Part shown: positions 14,893-28,938 of the stretch, piece by piece
Position numbering within the stretch: the first letter of the stretch is position 1
Layout of the letters: every line of letters begins with the position of its first letter
Origin: Auanema rhodensis
Taxonomy: Eukaryota > Animalia > Nematoda
Length of the DNA stretch: 64,000 nt
Assembly: GCA_964057225.1 (NCBI GenBank)
Contig: OZ059898.1
Location: 14,942,001-15,006,000 of the forward strand
Direction: 5' to 3'
The notes under the pieces: generated by a model
Database searches by the model: none
What the model was told of the DNA's origin: nothing
The model's input: the letters and a program-made list of their open reading frames with translations, nothing else
Program-made: the position numbers and the translations under genes

Positions 14893-15910
14893 AGAGCCCG
14901 AGGATCAGGAGCCCGAGGATCAGGAGCCCGAGGATCAGGAGCCCGAGGATCAGGAGCCCGAGGATCAGGAGCCCGAGGATCAGGAGCCCGAGGATCAGGA
15001 GCCCGAGGATCAGGAGCCCGAGGATCAGGAGCCCGAGGATCAGGAGCCCGAGGATCAGGAGCCCGAGGATCAGGAGCCCGAGGATCAGGAGCCCGAGGAT
15101 CAGGAGCCCGAGGATCAGGAGCCCGAGGATCAGGAGCCCGAGGATCAGGAGCGAGAATCCCGAGGACCAGGAGCCAGAGGACGAGGATCAGGAGCCCGAG
15201 GACCAGGAGCCCGAGGATCAGGAGCGAGAATCCCGAGGACCAGGAGCCAGAGGACGAGGATCAGGAGCCCGAGGACCAGGAGCGAGAATCCCGAGGACCA
15301 GGAGCCAGAGGACGAGGATCAGGAGCCCGAGGACCAGGAGCCAGAGGACGAGGAGCCGGAGGACGAGGAAGATGTGGACCAGGAGCCAGAGGACGAGGAG
15401 CCGGAGGACGAGGAAGATGTGGACCAGGAGCCAGAGGACGAGGAGCCGGAGGACGAGGAAGATGTGGACCAGGAGCCAGAGGACGAGGAGCCGGAGGACG
15501 AGGAAGATGTGGACCAGGAGCCAGAGGACGAGGAGCCGGAGGACGAGGAAGATGTGGACCAGGAGCCAGAGGACGAGGAGGACCAGGAGCCCGAGGACGA
15601 GGAGGACGAGGAGGATGAGGACGAGGAGGAGGAGGAGCCCGAGGACGAGGAGGACGAGGAGGATGAGGACCAGGAGCCCGAGGACGAGGAGGACGAGGAC
15701 GAGGAGCCCGAGGATCAGGAGGACGAGGAGCTTGAGGAAAGCCTTTTGCCTTCCGAAGACGAGGAGCCAGCAACCCGAGGACGAGAAGTCCGAAGACAAG
15801 GAACTTGAGGGAAGCCTTTTGCCTTCCTCAGACGAGGAGCCCGAAGACTAGGAGTCCGGAGACGAGGAGCTTGGGAGAAGACTTTTGCCTTCCAAAGACG
15901 AGGATCCAGG
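14893..15910 (+). repeat. Purine-rich, GC-rich compound minisatellite: about 17 x 15-bp (GAGCCCGAGGATCAG), then about 4 x 48-bp units, GAG/GAC runs and 3 copies of a GCCTTTTGCCTTCC-containing unit
   Basis: Seen directly; the + frame from ATG 14885 is open for 307 aa (EPEDQ, DQEPEDEEPEDEEDV, ELEESLLPSEDEEP repeats). Coding status unproven. Confidence 0.95.
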
Positions 15911-18900
15911 AGGTGAATGTTCTCTTTTCTCCAAGAGCATCCACTATGATCAAATTAAAATATCCACAGGTTGGGTATTCAGATGTGTAGATTCCGAATT
16001 TTCTATTGAAAATTGACGAAGACCTCTCTATTTTCCGGAAAAAGGGTTTATCTCGACCCCGTCCCAAGATTTGTTCACAAAAAAGTTCAGGCTGTGGTGT
16101 CGTTGTGCAAGGAGAATGTTCGATTAACTCCCAGATCATCAACCATGATGAAATGAAAATACTCAAAGGTTGGGTATTCAGATGTGTAGATTCTGAATTT
16201 TCTATTAAAAATTGCCGAAGACCTCTCTATTTTCCGGAAAAAGGGTTTATCTCGACCCCGTCCCAAGATTTGTTCACAAAAAAGTTCAGGCTGTGGTGCC
16301 GTTGTGCAAGGAGAATGTTCGATTTCCTCCCAGATCATCAACTATGATGAAATAAAAATATTCAAAGGTTGGGTATTCAGATGTGTAGATTCTGAATTTT
16401 CTATTGAGAATTGACGAAGACCTCTCTGTTTTCCGGAAAAAGGGTTTATCTCGACCCCGTCCCAAGATTTGTTCACAAAAAAGTTCAGGCTGTGGTCTCG
16501 TTGTGCAAGGAGAATGTTCGATTAACTCCCAGATCATCAACCATGATGAAATGAAAATATTCAAAGGTTGGGTATTCAGATGTGTAGATTCTGAATTTTC
16601 TATTGAGAATTGACGAAGACCTCTCTGTTTTCCGGAAAAAGGGTTTATCTCGACCCCGTCCCAAGATTTGTTCACAAAAAAGTTCAGGCTGTGGTCTCGT
16701 TGTGCAAGGAGAATGTTCGATTAACTCCCAGATCATCAACCATGATGAAATGAAAATATTCAAAGGTTGGGTATTCAGATGTGTAGATTCTGAATTTTCT
16801 ATTGAGAATTGACGAAGACCTCTCTGTTTTCCGGAAAAAGGGTTTATCTCGACCCCGTCCCAAGATTTGTTCATAAAAAAGTTCAGGCTGTGGTCTCGTT
16901 GTGCAAGGAGAATGTTCGATTAACTCCCAGATCATCAACCATGATCGAATGAAAATATTCAAAGGTTGGGTATTCAGATGTGTAGATTCTGAATTTTCTA
17001 TTGAAAATTGACGAAGACCTCTCTATTTTCCGGAAAAAGGGTTTATCTCGACCCCGTCCCAAGATTTGTTCACAAAAAAGTTCAGGCTGTGGTCTCGTTG
17101 TGCAAGGAGAATGTTCGATTAACTCCCAGATCATCAACCATGATGAAATGAAAATACTCAAAGGTTGGGTATTCAGATGTGTAGATTCTGAATTTTCTAT
17201 TAAAAATTGCCGAAGACCTCTCTATTTTCCGGAAAAAGGGTTTATCTCGACCCCGTCCCAAGATTTGTTCACAAAAAAGTTCAGGCTGTGGTGCCGTTGT
17301 GCAAGGAGAATGTTCGATTTCCTCCCAGATCATCAACCATGATGAAATAAAAATACTCAAAGGTTGGGTATTCAGATGTGTAGATTCTGAATTTTCTATT
17401 GAAAATTGACGAAGACCTCTCTGTTTTCCGGAAAAAGGGTTTATCTCGACCCCGTCCCAAGATTTGTTCACAAAAAAGTTCAGGCTGTGGTCTCGTTGTG
17501 CAAGGAGAATGTTCGATTAACTCCCAGATCATCAACCATGATAAAATAAAAATATTCAAAGGTTGGGTATTCAGATGTGTAGATTCTGAATTTTCTATTG
17601 AAAATTGACAAGAACCTTTCTATTTTCCGGAAAAAGGGTTTATCTCGACCCCGTCCCAAGATTTGTTCACAAAAAAGTTCAGGCTGTGGTGTCGTTGTGC
17701 AAGGAGAATGTTCGATTAACTCCCAGATCATCAACTATGATCAAATGAAAATATTCAAAGGTTGGGTATTCAGATGTGTAGATTCTGAATTTTCTATTGA
17801 AAATTGACGAAGACCTCTCTATTTTCCGGAAAAAGGGTTTATCTCGACCCCGTCCCAAGATTTGTTCACAAAAAAGTTCAGGCTGTGGTTTCGTTGTGCA
17901 AGGAGAATGTTCGATTAACTTCCAGATCATCAACTATGATCAAATGAAAATATTCAAAGGTTGGGTATTCAGATGTGTAGATTCTGAATTTTCTATTGAA
18001 AATTGACGAAGACCTCTCTATTTTCCGGAAAAAGGGTTTATCTCGACCCCGTCCCAAGATTTGTTCACAAAAAAGTTCAGGCTGTGGTGTCGTTGTGCAA
18101 GGAGAATGTTCGATTAACTCCCAGATCATCAACTATGATCAAATGAAAATATTCAAAGGTTGGGTATTCAGATGTGTAGATTCTGAATTTTCTATTGAAA
18201 ATTGACGAAGACCTCTCTATTTTCCGGAAAAAGGGTTTATCTCGACCCCGTCCCAAGATTTGTTCACAAAAAAGTTCAGGCTGTGGTGTCGTTGTGCAAG
18301 GAGAATGTTCGATTAACTCCCAGATCATCAACTATGATCAAATGAAAATATTCAAAGGTTGGGTATTCAGATGTGTAGATTCTGAATTTTCTATTGAAAA
18401 TTGACGAAGACCTCTCTATTTTCCGGAAAAAGGGTCTATCTCGACCCCGTCCCAAGATTTGTTCACAAAAAAGTTCAGGCTGTGGTGTCGTTGTGCAAGG
18501 AGAATGTTCGATTTCCTCCCAGATCATCAACTATGATCAAATAAAAATATTCAAAGGTTGGGTATTCAGATGTGTAGATTCTGAATTTTCTATTGAAAAT
18601 TGACGAAGACCTCTCTATTTTCCGGAAAAAGGGTTTATCTCGACCCCGTCCCAAGATTTGTTCACAAAAAAGTTCAGGCTGTGGTGTCGTTGTGCAAGGA
18701 GAATGTTCGATTAACTCCCAGATCATCAACTATGATCAAATGAAAATATTCAAAGGTTGGGTATTCAGATGTGTAGATTCTGAATTTTCTATTGAAAATT
18801 GACGAAGACCTCTCTATTTTCCGGAAAAAGGGTTTATCTCGACCCCGTCCCAAGATTTGTTCACAAAAAAGTTCAGGCTGTGGTGTCGTTGTGCAAGGAG

Positions 18901-21900
18901 AATGTTCGATTAACTCCCAGATCATCAACTATGATCAAATGAAAATATTCAAAGGTTGGGTATTCAGATGTGTAGATTCTGAATTTTCTATTGAAAATTG
19001 ACGAAGACCTCTCTATTTTCCGGAAAAAGGGTTTATCTCGACCCCGTCCCAAGATTTGTTCACAAAAAAGTTCAGGCTGTGGTGTCGTTGTGCAAGGAGA
19101 ATGTTCGATTATTTCCCAGATCATCAACCATGATCAAATGAAAATATTCAAAGGTTGGGTATTCAGATGTGTAGATTCTGAATTTTCTATCGAGAATTGA
19201 CAAGAACCTTTCTATTTTCCGGAAAAAGGGTTTATCTCGACCCCGTCCCAAGATTTGTTCACAAAAAAGTTCAGGCTGTGGTCTCGTTGTGCAAGGAGAA
19301 TGTTCGATTAACTCCCAGATCATCAACTATGATGAAATAAAAATACTCAAAGGTTGGGTATTCAGATGTGTAGATTCTGAATTTTCTATCGAGAATTGAC
19401 AAGAACCTTTCTATTTTCCGGAAAAAGGGTTTATCTCGACCCCGTCCCAAGATTTGTTCACAAAAAAGTTCAGGCTGTGGTCTCGTTGTGCAAGGAGAAT
19501 GTTCGATTAACTCCCAGATCATCAACTATGATGAAATAAAAATACTCAAAGGTTGGGTATTCAGATGTGTAGATTCTGAATTTTCTATCGAGAATTGACA
19601 AGAACCTTTCTATTTTCCGGAAAAAGGGTTTATCTCGACCCCGTCCCAAGATTTGTTCACAAAAAAGTTCAGGCTGTGGTCTCGTTGTGCAAGGAGAATG
19701 TTCGATTAACTCCCAGATCATCAACTATGATGAAATAAAAATACTCAAAGGTTGGGTATTCAGATGTGTAGATTCTGAATTTTCTATCGAGAATTGACAA
19801 GAACCTTTCTATTTTCCGGAAAAAGGGTTTATCTCGACCCCGTCCCAAGATTTGTTCACAAAAAAGTTCAGGCTGTGGTGTCGTTGTGCAAGGAGAATGT
19901 TCGATTATTTCCCAGATCATCAACCATGATCAAATGAAAATATTCAAAGGTTGGGTATTCAGATGTGTAGATTCTGAATTTTCTATCGAGAATTGACGAA
20001 GACCTTTCTATTTTCCGGAAAAACGGTTTATCTCGACCCCGTCCCAAAAATTTGTTCACAAAAAAGTTCAGGCTGTGGTGTCGTTGTGCAAGGAGAATGT
20101 TCGATTAACTCCCAGATCATCAACCATGATCAAATGAAAATATTCAAAGGTTGGGTATTCAGATGTGTAGATTCTGAATTTTCTATTGAAAATTGACGAA
20201 GACCTCTCTATTTTCCGGAAAAAGGGTTTATCTCGACCCCGTCCCAAGATTTGTTCACAAAAAAGTTCAGGCTGTGGTGTCGTTGTGCAAGGAGAATGTT
20301 CTATTAACTCCCAGATCATCAACTATGATGAAATAAAAATACTCAAAGGTTGGGTATTCAGATGTGTAGATTCTGAATTTTCTATTGAAAATTGCCGAAG
20401 ACCTCTCTATTTTCCGGAAAAAGGGTTTATCTCGACCCCGTCCCAAGATTTGTTCACAAAAAAGTTCAGGCTGTGGTTTCGTTGTGCAAGGAGAATGTTC
20501 GATTAACTCCCAGATCATCAACTATGATGAAATAAAAATACTCAAAGGTTGGGTATTCAGATGTGTAGATTCTGAATTTTCTATCGAGAATTGACAAGAA
20601 CCTTTCTATTTTCCGGAAAAAGGGTTTATCTCGACCCCGTCCCAAGATTTGTTCACAAAAAAGTTCAGGCTGTGGTTTCGTTGTGCAAGGAGAATGTTCG
20701 ATTATTTCCCAGATCATCAACCATGATCAAATGAAAATATTCAAAGGTTGGGTATTCAGATGTGTAGATTCTGAATTTTCTATTGACAATTGACAAGAAC
20801 CTTTCTATTTTCCGGAAAAAGGGTTTATCTCGACCCCGTCCCAAGATTTGTTCACAAAAAAGTTCAGGCTGTGGTCTCGTTGTGCAAGGAGAATGTTCGA
20901 TTAACTCCCAGATCATCAACTATGATGAAATAAAAATACTCAAAGGTTGGGTATTCAGATGTGTAGATTCTGAATTTTCTATTGACAATTGACGAAGACC
21001 TCTCTATTTTCCGGAAAAAGGGTTTATCTCGACCCCGTCCCAAGATTTGTTCACAAAAAAGTTCAGGCTGTGGTCTCGTTGTGCAAGGAGAATGTTCGAT
21101 TAACTCCCAGATCATCAACCATGATCAAATGAAAATATTCAAAGGTTGGGTATTCAGATGTGTAGATTCTGAATTTTCTATTGACAATTGACGAAGACCT
21201 CTCTATTTTCCGGAAAAAGGGTTTATCTCGACCCCGTCCCAAGATTTGTTCACAAAAAAGTTCAGGCTGTGGTCTCGTTGTGCAAGGAGAATGTTCGATT
21301 AACTCCCAGATCATCAACTATGATGAAATAAAAATACTCAAAGGTTGGGTATTCAGATGTGTAGATTCTGAATTTTCTATTGACAATTGACGAAGACCTC
21401 TCTATTTTCCGGAAAAAGGGTTTATCTCGACCCCGTCCCAAGATTTGTTCACAAAAAAGTTCAGGCTGTGGTCTCGTTGTGCAAGGAGAATGTTCGATTA
21501 ACTCCCAGATCATCAACCATGATCAAATGAAAATATTCAAAGGTTGGGTATTCAGATGTGTAGATTCTGAATTTTCTATTGACAATTGACGAAGACCTCT
21601 CTATTTTCCGGAAAAAGGGTTTATCTCGACCCCGTCCCAAGATTTGTTCACAAAAAAGTTCAGGCTGTGGTCTCGTTGTGCAAGGAGAATGTTCGATTAA
21701 CTCCCAGATCATCAACTATGATGAAATAAAAATATTCAAAGGTTGGGTATTCAGATGTGTAGATTCTGAATTTTCTATTGAAAATTGACGAAGACCTCTC
21801 TATTTTCCGGAAAAAGGGTTTATCTCGACCCCGTCCCAAGATTTGTTCACAAAAAAGTTCAGGCTGTGGTGTCGTTGTGCAAGGAGAATGTTCGATTAAC

Positions 21901-24900
21901 TCCCAGATCATCAACCATGATCAAATGAAAATATTCAAAGGTTGGGTATTCAGATGTGTAGATTCTGAATTTTCTATTGAAAATTGACGAAGACCTCTCT
22001 ATTTTCCGGAAAAAGGGTTTATCTCGACCCCGTCCCAAGATTTGTTCACAAAAAAGTTCAGGCTGTGGTCTCGTTGTGCAAGGAGAATGTTCGATTAACT
22101 CCCAGATCATCAACTATGATGAAATAAAAATACTCAAAGGTTGGGTATTCAGATGTGTAGATTCTGAATTTTCTATTGAAAATTGCCGAAGACCTCTCTA
22201 TTTTCCGGAAAAAGGGTTTATCTCGACCCCGTCCCAAGATTTGTTCACAAAAAAGTTCAGGCTGTGGTGTCGTTGTGCAAGGAGAATGTTCGATTAACTC
22301 CCAGATCATCAACTATGATGAAATAAAAATATTCAAAGGTTGGGTATTCAGATGTCTAGATTCTGAATTTTCTATTGAAAATTGCCGAAGACCTCTCTAT
22401 TTTCCGGAAAAAGGGTTTATCTCGACCCCGTCCCAAGATTTGTTCACAAAAAAGTTCAGGCTGTGGTGTCGTTGTGCAAGGAGAATGTTCGATTAACTCC
22501 CAGATCATCAACTATGATGAAATAAAAATACTCAAAGGTTGGGTATTCAGATGTGTAGATTCTGAATTTTCTATTGAAAATTGCCGAAGACCTCTCTATT
22601 TTCCGGAAAAAGGGTTTATCTCGACCCCGTCCCAAGTTTTGTTCACAAAAAAGTTCAGGCTGTGGTCTCGTTGTGCAAGGAGAATGTTCGATTAACTCCC
22701 AGATCATCAACTATGATGAAATAAAAATATTCAAAGGTTGGGTATTCAGATGTCTAGATTCTGAATTTTCTATTGAAAATTGCCGAAGACCTCTCTATTT
22801 TCCGGAAAAAGGGTTTATCTCGACCCCGTCCCAAGATTTGTTCACAAAAAAGTTCAGGCTGTGGTCTCGTTGTGCAAGGAGAATGTTCGATTAACTCCCA
22901 GATCATCAACTATGATGAAATAAAAATACTCAAAGGTTGGGTATTCAGATGTGTAGATTCTGAATTTTCTATTGAGAATTGACGAAGACCTTTCTATTTT
23001 CCGGAAAAAGGGTTTATCTCGACCCCGTCCCAAGATTTGTTCACAAAAAAGTTCAGGCTGTGGTCTCGTTGTGCAAGGAGAATGTTCGATTAACTCCCAG
23101 ATCATCAACTATGATCAAATAAAAATACTCAAAGGTTGGGTATTCAGATGTGTAGATTCTGAATTTTCTATTGAGAATTGACGAAGACCTTTCTATTTTC
23201 CGGAAAAAGGGTTTATCTCGACCCCGTCCCAAGTTTTGTTCACAAAAAAGTTCAGGCTGTGGTCTCGTTGTGCAAGGAGAATGTTCGATTAACTCCCAGA
23301 TCATCAACTATGATGAAATAAAAATATTCAAAGGTTGGGTATTCAGATGTGTAGATTCTGAATTTTCTATTGAAAATTGCCGAAGACCTCTCTATTTTCC
23401 GGAAAAAGGGTTTATCTCGACCCCGTCCCAAGATTTGTTCACAAAAAAGTTCAGGCTGTGGTGTCGTTGTGCAAGGAGAATGTTCGATTAACTCCCAGAT
23501 CATCAACTATGATGAAATAAAAATACTCAAAGGTTGGGTATTCAGATGTGTAGATTCTTAATTTTCTATTGAGAATTGACGAAGACCTTTCTATTTTCCG
23601 GAAAAAGGGTTTATCTCGACCCCGTCCCAAGATTTGTTCACAAAAAAGTTCAGGCTGTGGTCTCGTTGTGCAAGGAGAATGTTCGATTAACTCCCAGATC
23701 ATCAACTATGATGAAATAAAAATACTCAAAGGTTGGGTATTCAGATGTGTAGATTCTGAATTTTCTATTGAGAATTGACGAAGACCTTTCTATTTTCCGG
23801 AAAAAGGGTTTATCTCGACCCGGTCCCAAGTTTTGTTCACAAAAAAGTTCAGGCTGTGGTCTCGTTGTGCAAGGAGAATGTTCGATTAACTCCCAGATCA
23901 TCAACTATGATGAAATAAAAATATTCAAAGGTTGGGTATTCAGATGTGTAGATTCTGAATTTTCTATTGAAAATTGCCGAAGACCTCTCTATTTTCCGGA
24001 AAAAGGGTTTATCTCGACCCCGTCCCAAGATTTGTTCACAAAAAAGTTCAGGCTGTGGTCTCGTTGTGCAAGGAGAATGTTCGATTAACTCCCAGATCAT
24101 CAACTATGATGAAATAAAAATACTCAAAGGTTGGGTATTCAGATGTGTAGATTCTGAATTTTCTATTGAGAATTGACGAAGACCTTTCTATTTTCCGGAA
24201 AAAGGGTTTATCTCGACCCGGTCCCAAGTTTTGTTCACAAAAAAGTTCAGGCTGTGGTCTCGTTGTGCAAGGAGAATGTTCGATTAACTCCCAGATCATC
24301 AACTATGATGAAATAAAAATATTCAAAGGTTGGGTATTCAGATGTGTAGATTCTGAATTTTCTATTGAAAATTGCCGAAGACCTCTCTATTTTCCGGAAA
24401 AAGGGTTTATCTCGACCCCGTCCCAAGATTTGTTCACAAAAAAGTTCAGGCTGTGGTCTCGTTGTGCAAGGAGAATGTTCGATTAACTCCCAGATCATCA
24501 ACTATGATGAAATAAAAATACTCAAAGGTTGGGTATTCAGATGTGTAGATTCTGAATTTTCTATTGAGAATTGACGAAGACCTTTCTATTTTCCGGAAAA
24601 AGGGTTTATCTCGACCCGGTCCCAAGTTTTGTTCACAAAAAAGTTCAGGCTGTGGTCTCGTTGTGCAAGGAGAATGTTCGATTAACTCCCAGATCATCAA
24701 CTATGATGAAATAAAAATATTCAAAGGTTGGGTATTCAGATGTGTAGATTCTGAATTTTCTATTGAAAATTGCCGAAGACCTCTCTATTTTCCGGAAAAA
24801 GGGTTTATCTCGACCCCGTCCCAAGATTTGTTCACAAAAAAGTTCAGGCTGTGGTGTCGTTGTGCAAGGAGAATGTTCGATTAACTCCCAGATCATCAAC

Positions 24901-27900
24901 TATGATGAAATAAAAATACTCAAAGGTTGGGTATTCAGATGTGTAGATTCTTAATTTTCTATTGAGAATTGACGAAGACCTTTCTATTTTCCGGAAAAAG
25001 GGTTTATCTCGACCCCGTCCCAAGATTTGTTCACAAAAAAGTTCAGGCTGTGGTCTCGTTGTGCAAGGAGAATGTTCGATTAACTCCCAGATCATCAACT
25101 ATGATGAAATAAAAATACTCAAAGGTTGGGTATTCAGATGTGTAGATTCTGAATTTTCTATTGAGAATTGACGAAGACCTTTCTATTTTCCGGAAAAAGG
25201 GTTTATCTCGACCCGGTCCCAAGTTTTGTTCACAAAAAAGTTCAGGCTGTGGTCTCGTTGTGCAAGGAGAATGTTCGATTAACTCCCAGATCATCAACTA
25301 TGATGAAATAAAAATATTCAAAGGTTGGGTATTCAGATGTGTAGATTCTGAATTTTCTATTGAAAATTGCCGAAGACCTCTCTATTTTCCGGAAAAAGGG
25401 TTTATCTCGACCCCGTCCCAAGATTTGTTCACAAAAAAGTTCAGGCTGTGGTCTCGTTGTGCAAGGAGAATGTTCGATTAACTCCCAGATCATCAACTAT
25501 GATGAAATAAAAATACTCAAAGGTTGGGTATTCAGATGTGTAGATTCTGAATTTTCTATTGAGAATTGACGAAGACCTTTCTATTTTCCGGAAAAAGGGT
25601 TTATCTCGACCCGGTCCCAAGTTTTGTTCACAAAAAAGTTCAGGCTGTGGTCTCGTTGTGCAAGGAGAATGTTCGATTAACTCCCAGATCATCAACTATG
25701 ATGAAATAAAAATATTCAAAGGTTGGGTATTCAGATGTGTAGATTCTGAATTTTCTATTGAAAATTGCCGAAGACCTCTCTATTTTCCGGAAAAAGGGTT
25801 TATCTCGACCCCGTCCCAAGATTTGTTCACAAAAAAGTTCAGGCTGTGGTCTCGTTGTGCAAGGAGAATGTTCGATTAACTCCCAGATCATCAACTATGA
25901 TGAAATAAAAATACTCAAAGGTTGGGTATTCAGATGTGTAGATTCTGAATTTTCTATTGAGAATTGACGAAGACCTTTCTATTTTCCGGAAAAAGGGTTT
26001 ATCTCGACCCGGTCCCAAGTTTTGTTCACAAAAAAGTTCAGGCTGTGGTCTCGTTGTGCAAGGAGAATGTTCGATTAACTCCCAGATCATCAACTATGAT
26101 GAAATAAAAATATTCAAAGGTTGGGTATTCAGATGTGTAGATTCTGAATTTTCTATTGAAAATTGCCGAAGACCTCTCTATTTTCCGGAAAAAGGGTTTA
26201 TCTCGACCCCGTCCCAAGATTTGTTCACAAAAAAGTTCAGGCTGTGGTCTCGTTGTGCAAGGAGAATGTTCGATTAACTCCCAGATCATCAACTATGATG
26301 AAATAAAAATACTCAAAGGTTGGGTATTCAGATGTGTAGATTCTGAATTTTCTATTGAGAATTGACGAAGACCTTTCTATTTTCCGGAAAAAGGGTTTAT
26401 CTCGACCCGGTCCCAAGTTTTGTTCACAAAAAAGTTCAGGCTGTGGTCTCGTTGTGCAAGGAGAATGTTCGATTAACTCCCAGATCATCAACTATGATGA
26501 AATAAAAATATTCAAAGGTTGGGTATTCAGATGTGTAGATTCTGAATTTTCTATTGAAAATTGCCGAAGACCTCTCTATTTTCCGGAAAAAGGGTTTATC
26601 TCGACCCCGTCCCAAGATTTGTTCACAAAAAAGTTCAGGCTGTGGTCTCGTTGTGCAAGGAGAATGTTCGATTAACTCCCAGATCATCAACTATGATGAA
26701 ATAAAAATACTCAAAGGTTGGGTATTCAGATGTGTAGATTCTGAATTTTCTATTGAGAATTGACGAAGACCTTTCTATTTTCCGGAAAAAGGGTTTATCT
26801 CGACCCGGTCCCAAGTTTTGTTCACAAAAAAGTTCAGGCTGTGGTCTCGTTGTGCAAGGAGAATGTTCGATTAACTCCCAGATCATCAACTATGATGAAA
26901 TAAAAATACTCAAAGGTTGGGTATTCAGATGTGTAGATTCTGAATTTTCTATTGAGAATTGACGAAGACCTTTCTATTTTCCGGAAAAAGGGTTTATCTC
27001 GACCCGGTCCCAAGATTTGTTCACAAAAAAGTTCAGGCTGTGGTCTCGTTGTGCAAGGAGAATGTTCGATTAACTCCCAGATCATCAACTATGATGAAAT
27101 AAAAATATTCAAAGGTTGGGTATTCAGATGTGTAGATTCTGAATTTTCTATTGAAAATTGCCGAAGACCTCTCTATTTTCCGGAAAAAGGGTTTATCTCG
27201 ACCCCGTCCCAAGATTTGTTCACAAAAAAGTTCAGGCTGTGGTCTCGTTGTGCAAGGAGAATGTTCGATTAACTCCCAGATCATCAACTATGATGAAATA
27301 AAAATACTCAAAGGTTGGGTATTCAGATGTGTAGATTCTTAATTTTCTATTGAGAATTGACGAAGACCTTTCTATTTTCCGGAAAAAGGGTTTATCTCGA
27401 CCCCGTCCCAAGATTTGTTCACAAAAAAGTTCAGACTGTGGTCTCGTTGTGCAAGGAGAATGTTCGATTAACTCCCAGATCATCAACTATGATGAAATAA
27501 AAATACTCAAAGGTTGGGTATTCAGATGTGTAGATTCTGAATTTTCTATTGAGAATTGACGAAGACCTTTCTATTTTCCGGAAAAAGGGTTTATCTCGAC
27601 CCGGTCCCAAGTTTTGTTCACAAAAAAGTTCAGGCTGTGGTCTCGTTGTGCAAGGAGAATGTTCGATTAACTCCCAGATCATCAACTATGATGAAATAAA
27701 AATATTCAAAGGTTGGGTATTCAGATGTGTAGATTCTGAATTTTCTATTGAAAATTGCCGAAGACCTCTCTATTTTCCGGAAAAAGGGTTTATCTCGACC
27801 CGGTCCCAAGTTTTGTTCACAAAAAAGTTCAGGCTGTGGTCTCGTTGTGCAAGGAGAATGTTCGATTAACTCCCAGATCATCAACTATGATGAAATAAAA

Positions 27901-28938
27901 ATACTCAAAGGTTGGGTATTCAGATGTGTAGATTCTGAATTTTCTATTGAGAATTGACGAAGACCTTTCTATTTTCCGGAAAAAGGGTTTATCTCGACCC
28001 GGTCCCAAGTTTTGTTCACAAAAAAGTTCAGGCTGTGGTCTCGTTGTGCAAGGAGAATGTTCGATTAACTCCCAGATCATCAACTATGATGAAATAAAAA
28101 TATTCAAAGGTTGGGTATTCAGATGTGTAGATTCTGAATTTTCTATTGAAAATTGCCGAAGACCTCTCTATTTTCCGGAAAAAGGGTTTATCTCGACCCG
28201 GTCCCAAGTTTTGTTCACAAAAAAGTTCAGGCTGTGGTCTCGTTGTGCAAGGAGAATGTTCGATTAACTCCCAGATCATCAACTATGATGAAATAAAAAT
28301 ACTCAAAGGTTGGGTATTCAGATGTGTAGATTCTGAATTTTCTATTGAGAATTGACGAAGACCTTTCTATTTTCCGGAAAAAGGGTTTATCTCGACCCGG
28401 TCCCAAGTTTTGTTCACAAAAAAGTTCAGGCTGTGGTCTCGTTGTGCAAGGAGAATGTTCGATTAACTCCCAGATCATCAACTATGATGAAATAAAAATA
28501 TTCAAAGGTTGGGTATTCAGATGTGTAGATTCTGAATTTTCTATTGAAAATTGCCGAAGACCTCTCTATTTTCCGGAAAAAGGGTTTATCTCGACCCGGT
28601 CCCAAGTTTTGTTCACAAAAAAGTTCAGGCTGTGGTCTCGTTGTGCAAGGAGAATGTTCGATTAACTCCCAGATCATCAACTATGATGAAATAAAAATAC
28701 TCAAAGGTTGGGTATTCAGATGTGTAGATTCTGAATTTTCTATTGAGAATTGACGAAGACCTTTCTATTTTCCGGAAAAAGGGTTTATCTCGACCCGGTC
28801 CCAAGTTTTGTTCACAAAAAAGTTCAGGCTGTGGTCTCGTTGTGCAAGGAGAATGTTCGATTAACTCCCAGATCATCAACTATGATGAAATAAAAATATT
28901 CAAAGGTTGGGTATTCAGATGTCTAGATTCTGAATTTT
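15911..28938. repeat. Tandem satellite array, 199-bp unit, about 65 copies (13 kb)
   Basis: Near-identical units recur every 199 bp (ORF track steps 16006, 16404, 16603 ... 28743); unit contains the palindrome TTTTCCGGAAAA; first and last units are diverged or truncated. Confidence 0.99.

Noticed and set aside
15218-15851. Leu-rich, Pro-rich and Arg/Thr-rich ORFs in other frames of the minisatellite
   Set aside because: Shadow frames of a low-complexity repeat that lacks stop codons.
23806-23836. Resemblance of GGTTTATCTCGACCCGGTCCCAAGTTTTG to spliced leader SL1 (GGTTTAATTACCCAAGTTTGAG), suggesting an SL RNA gene array
   Set aside because: Spacing is wrong, there is no AG/GT donor after the leader-like part and no convincing Sm site; the closest match exists only in a derived variant. 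An Rfam scan would settle it.
15911-28938. CRISPR array, or tandem protein-coding genes (the many 60-130 aa ORFs)
   Set aside because: Units are contiguous with no unique spacers and there are no cas genes in this eukaryotic context; 199 is not a multiple of 3, so the ORFs are by-products of the repeat.
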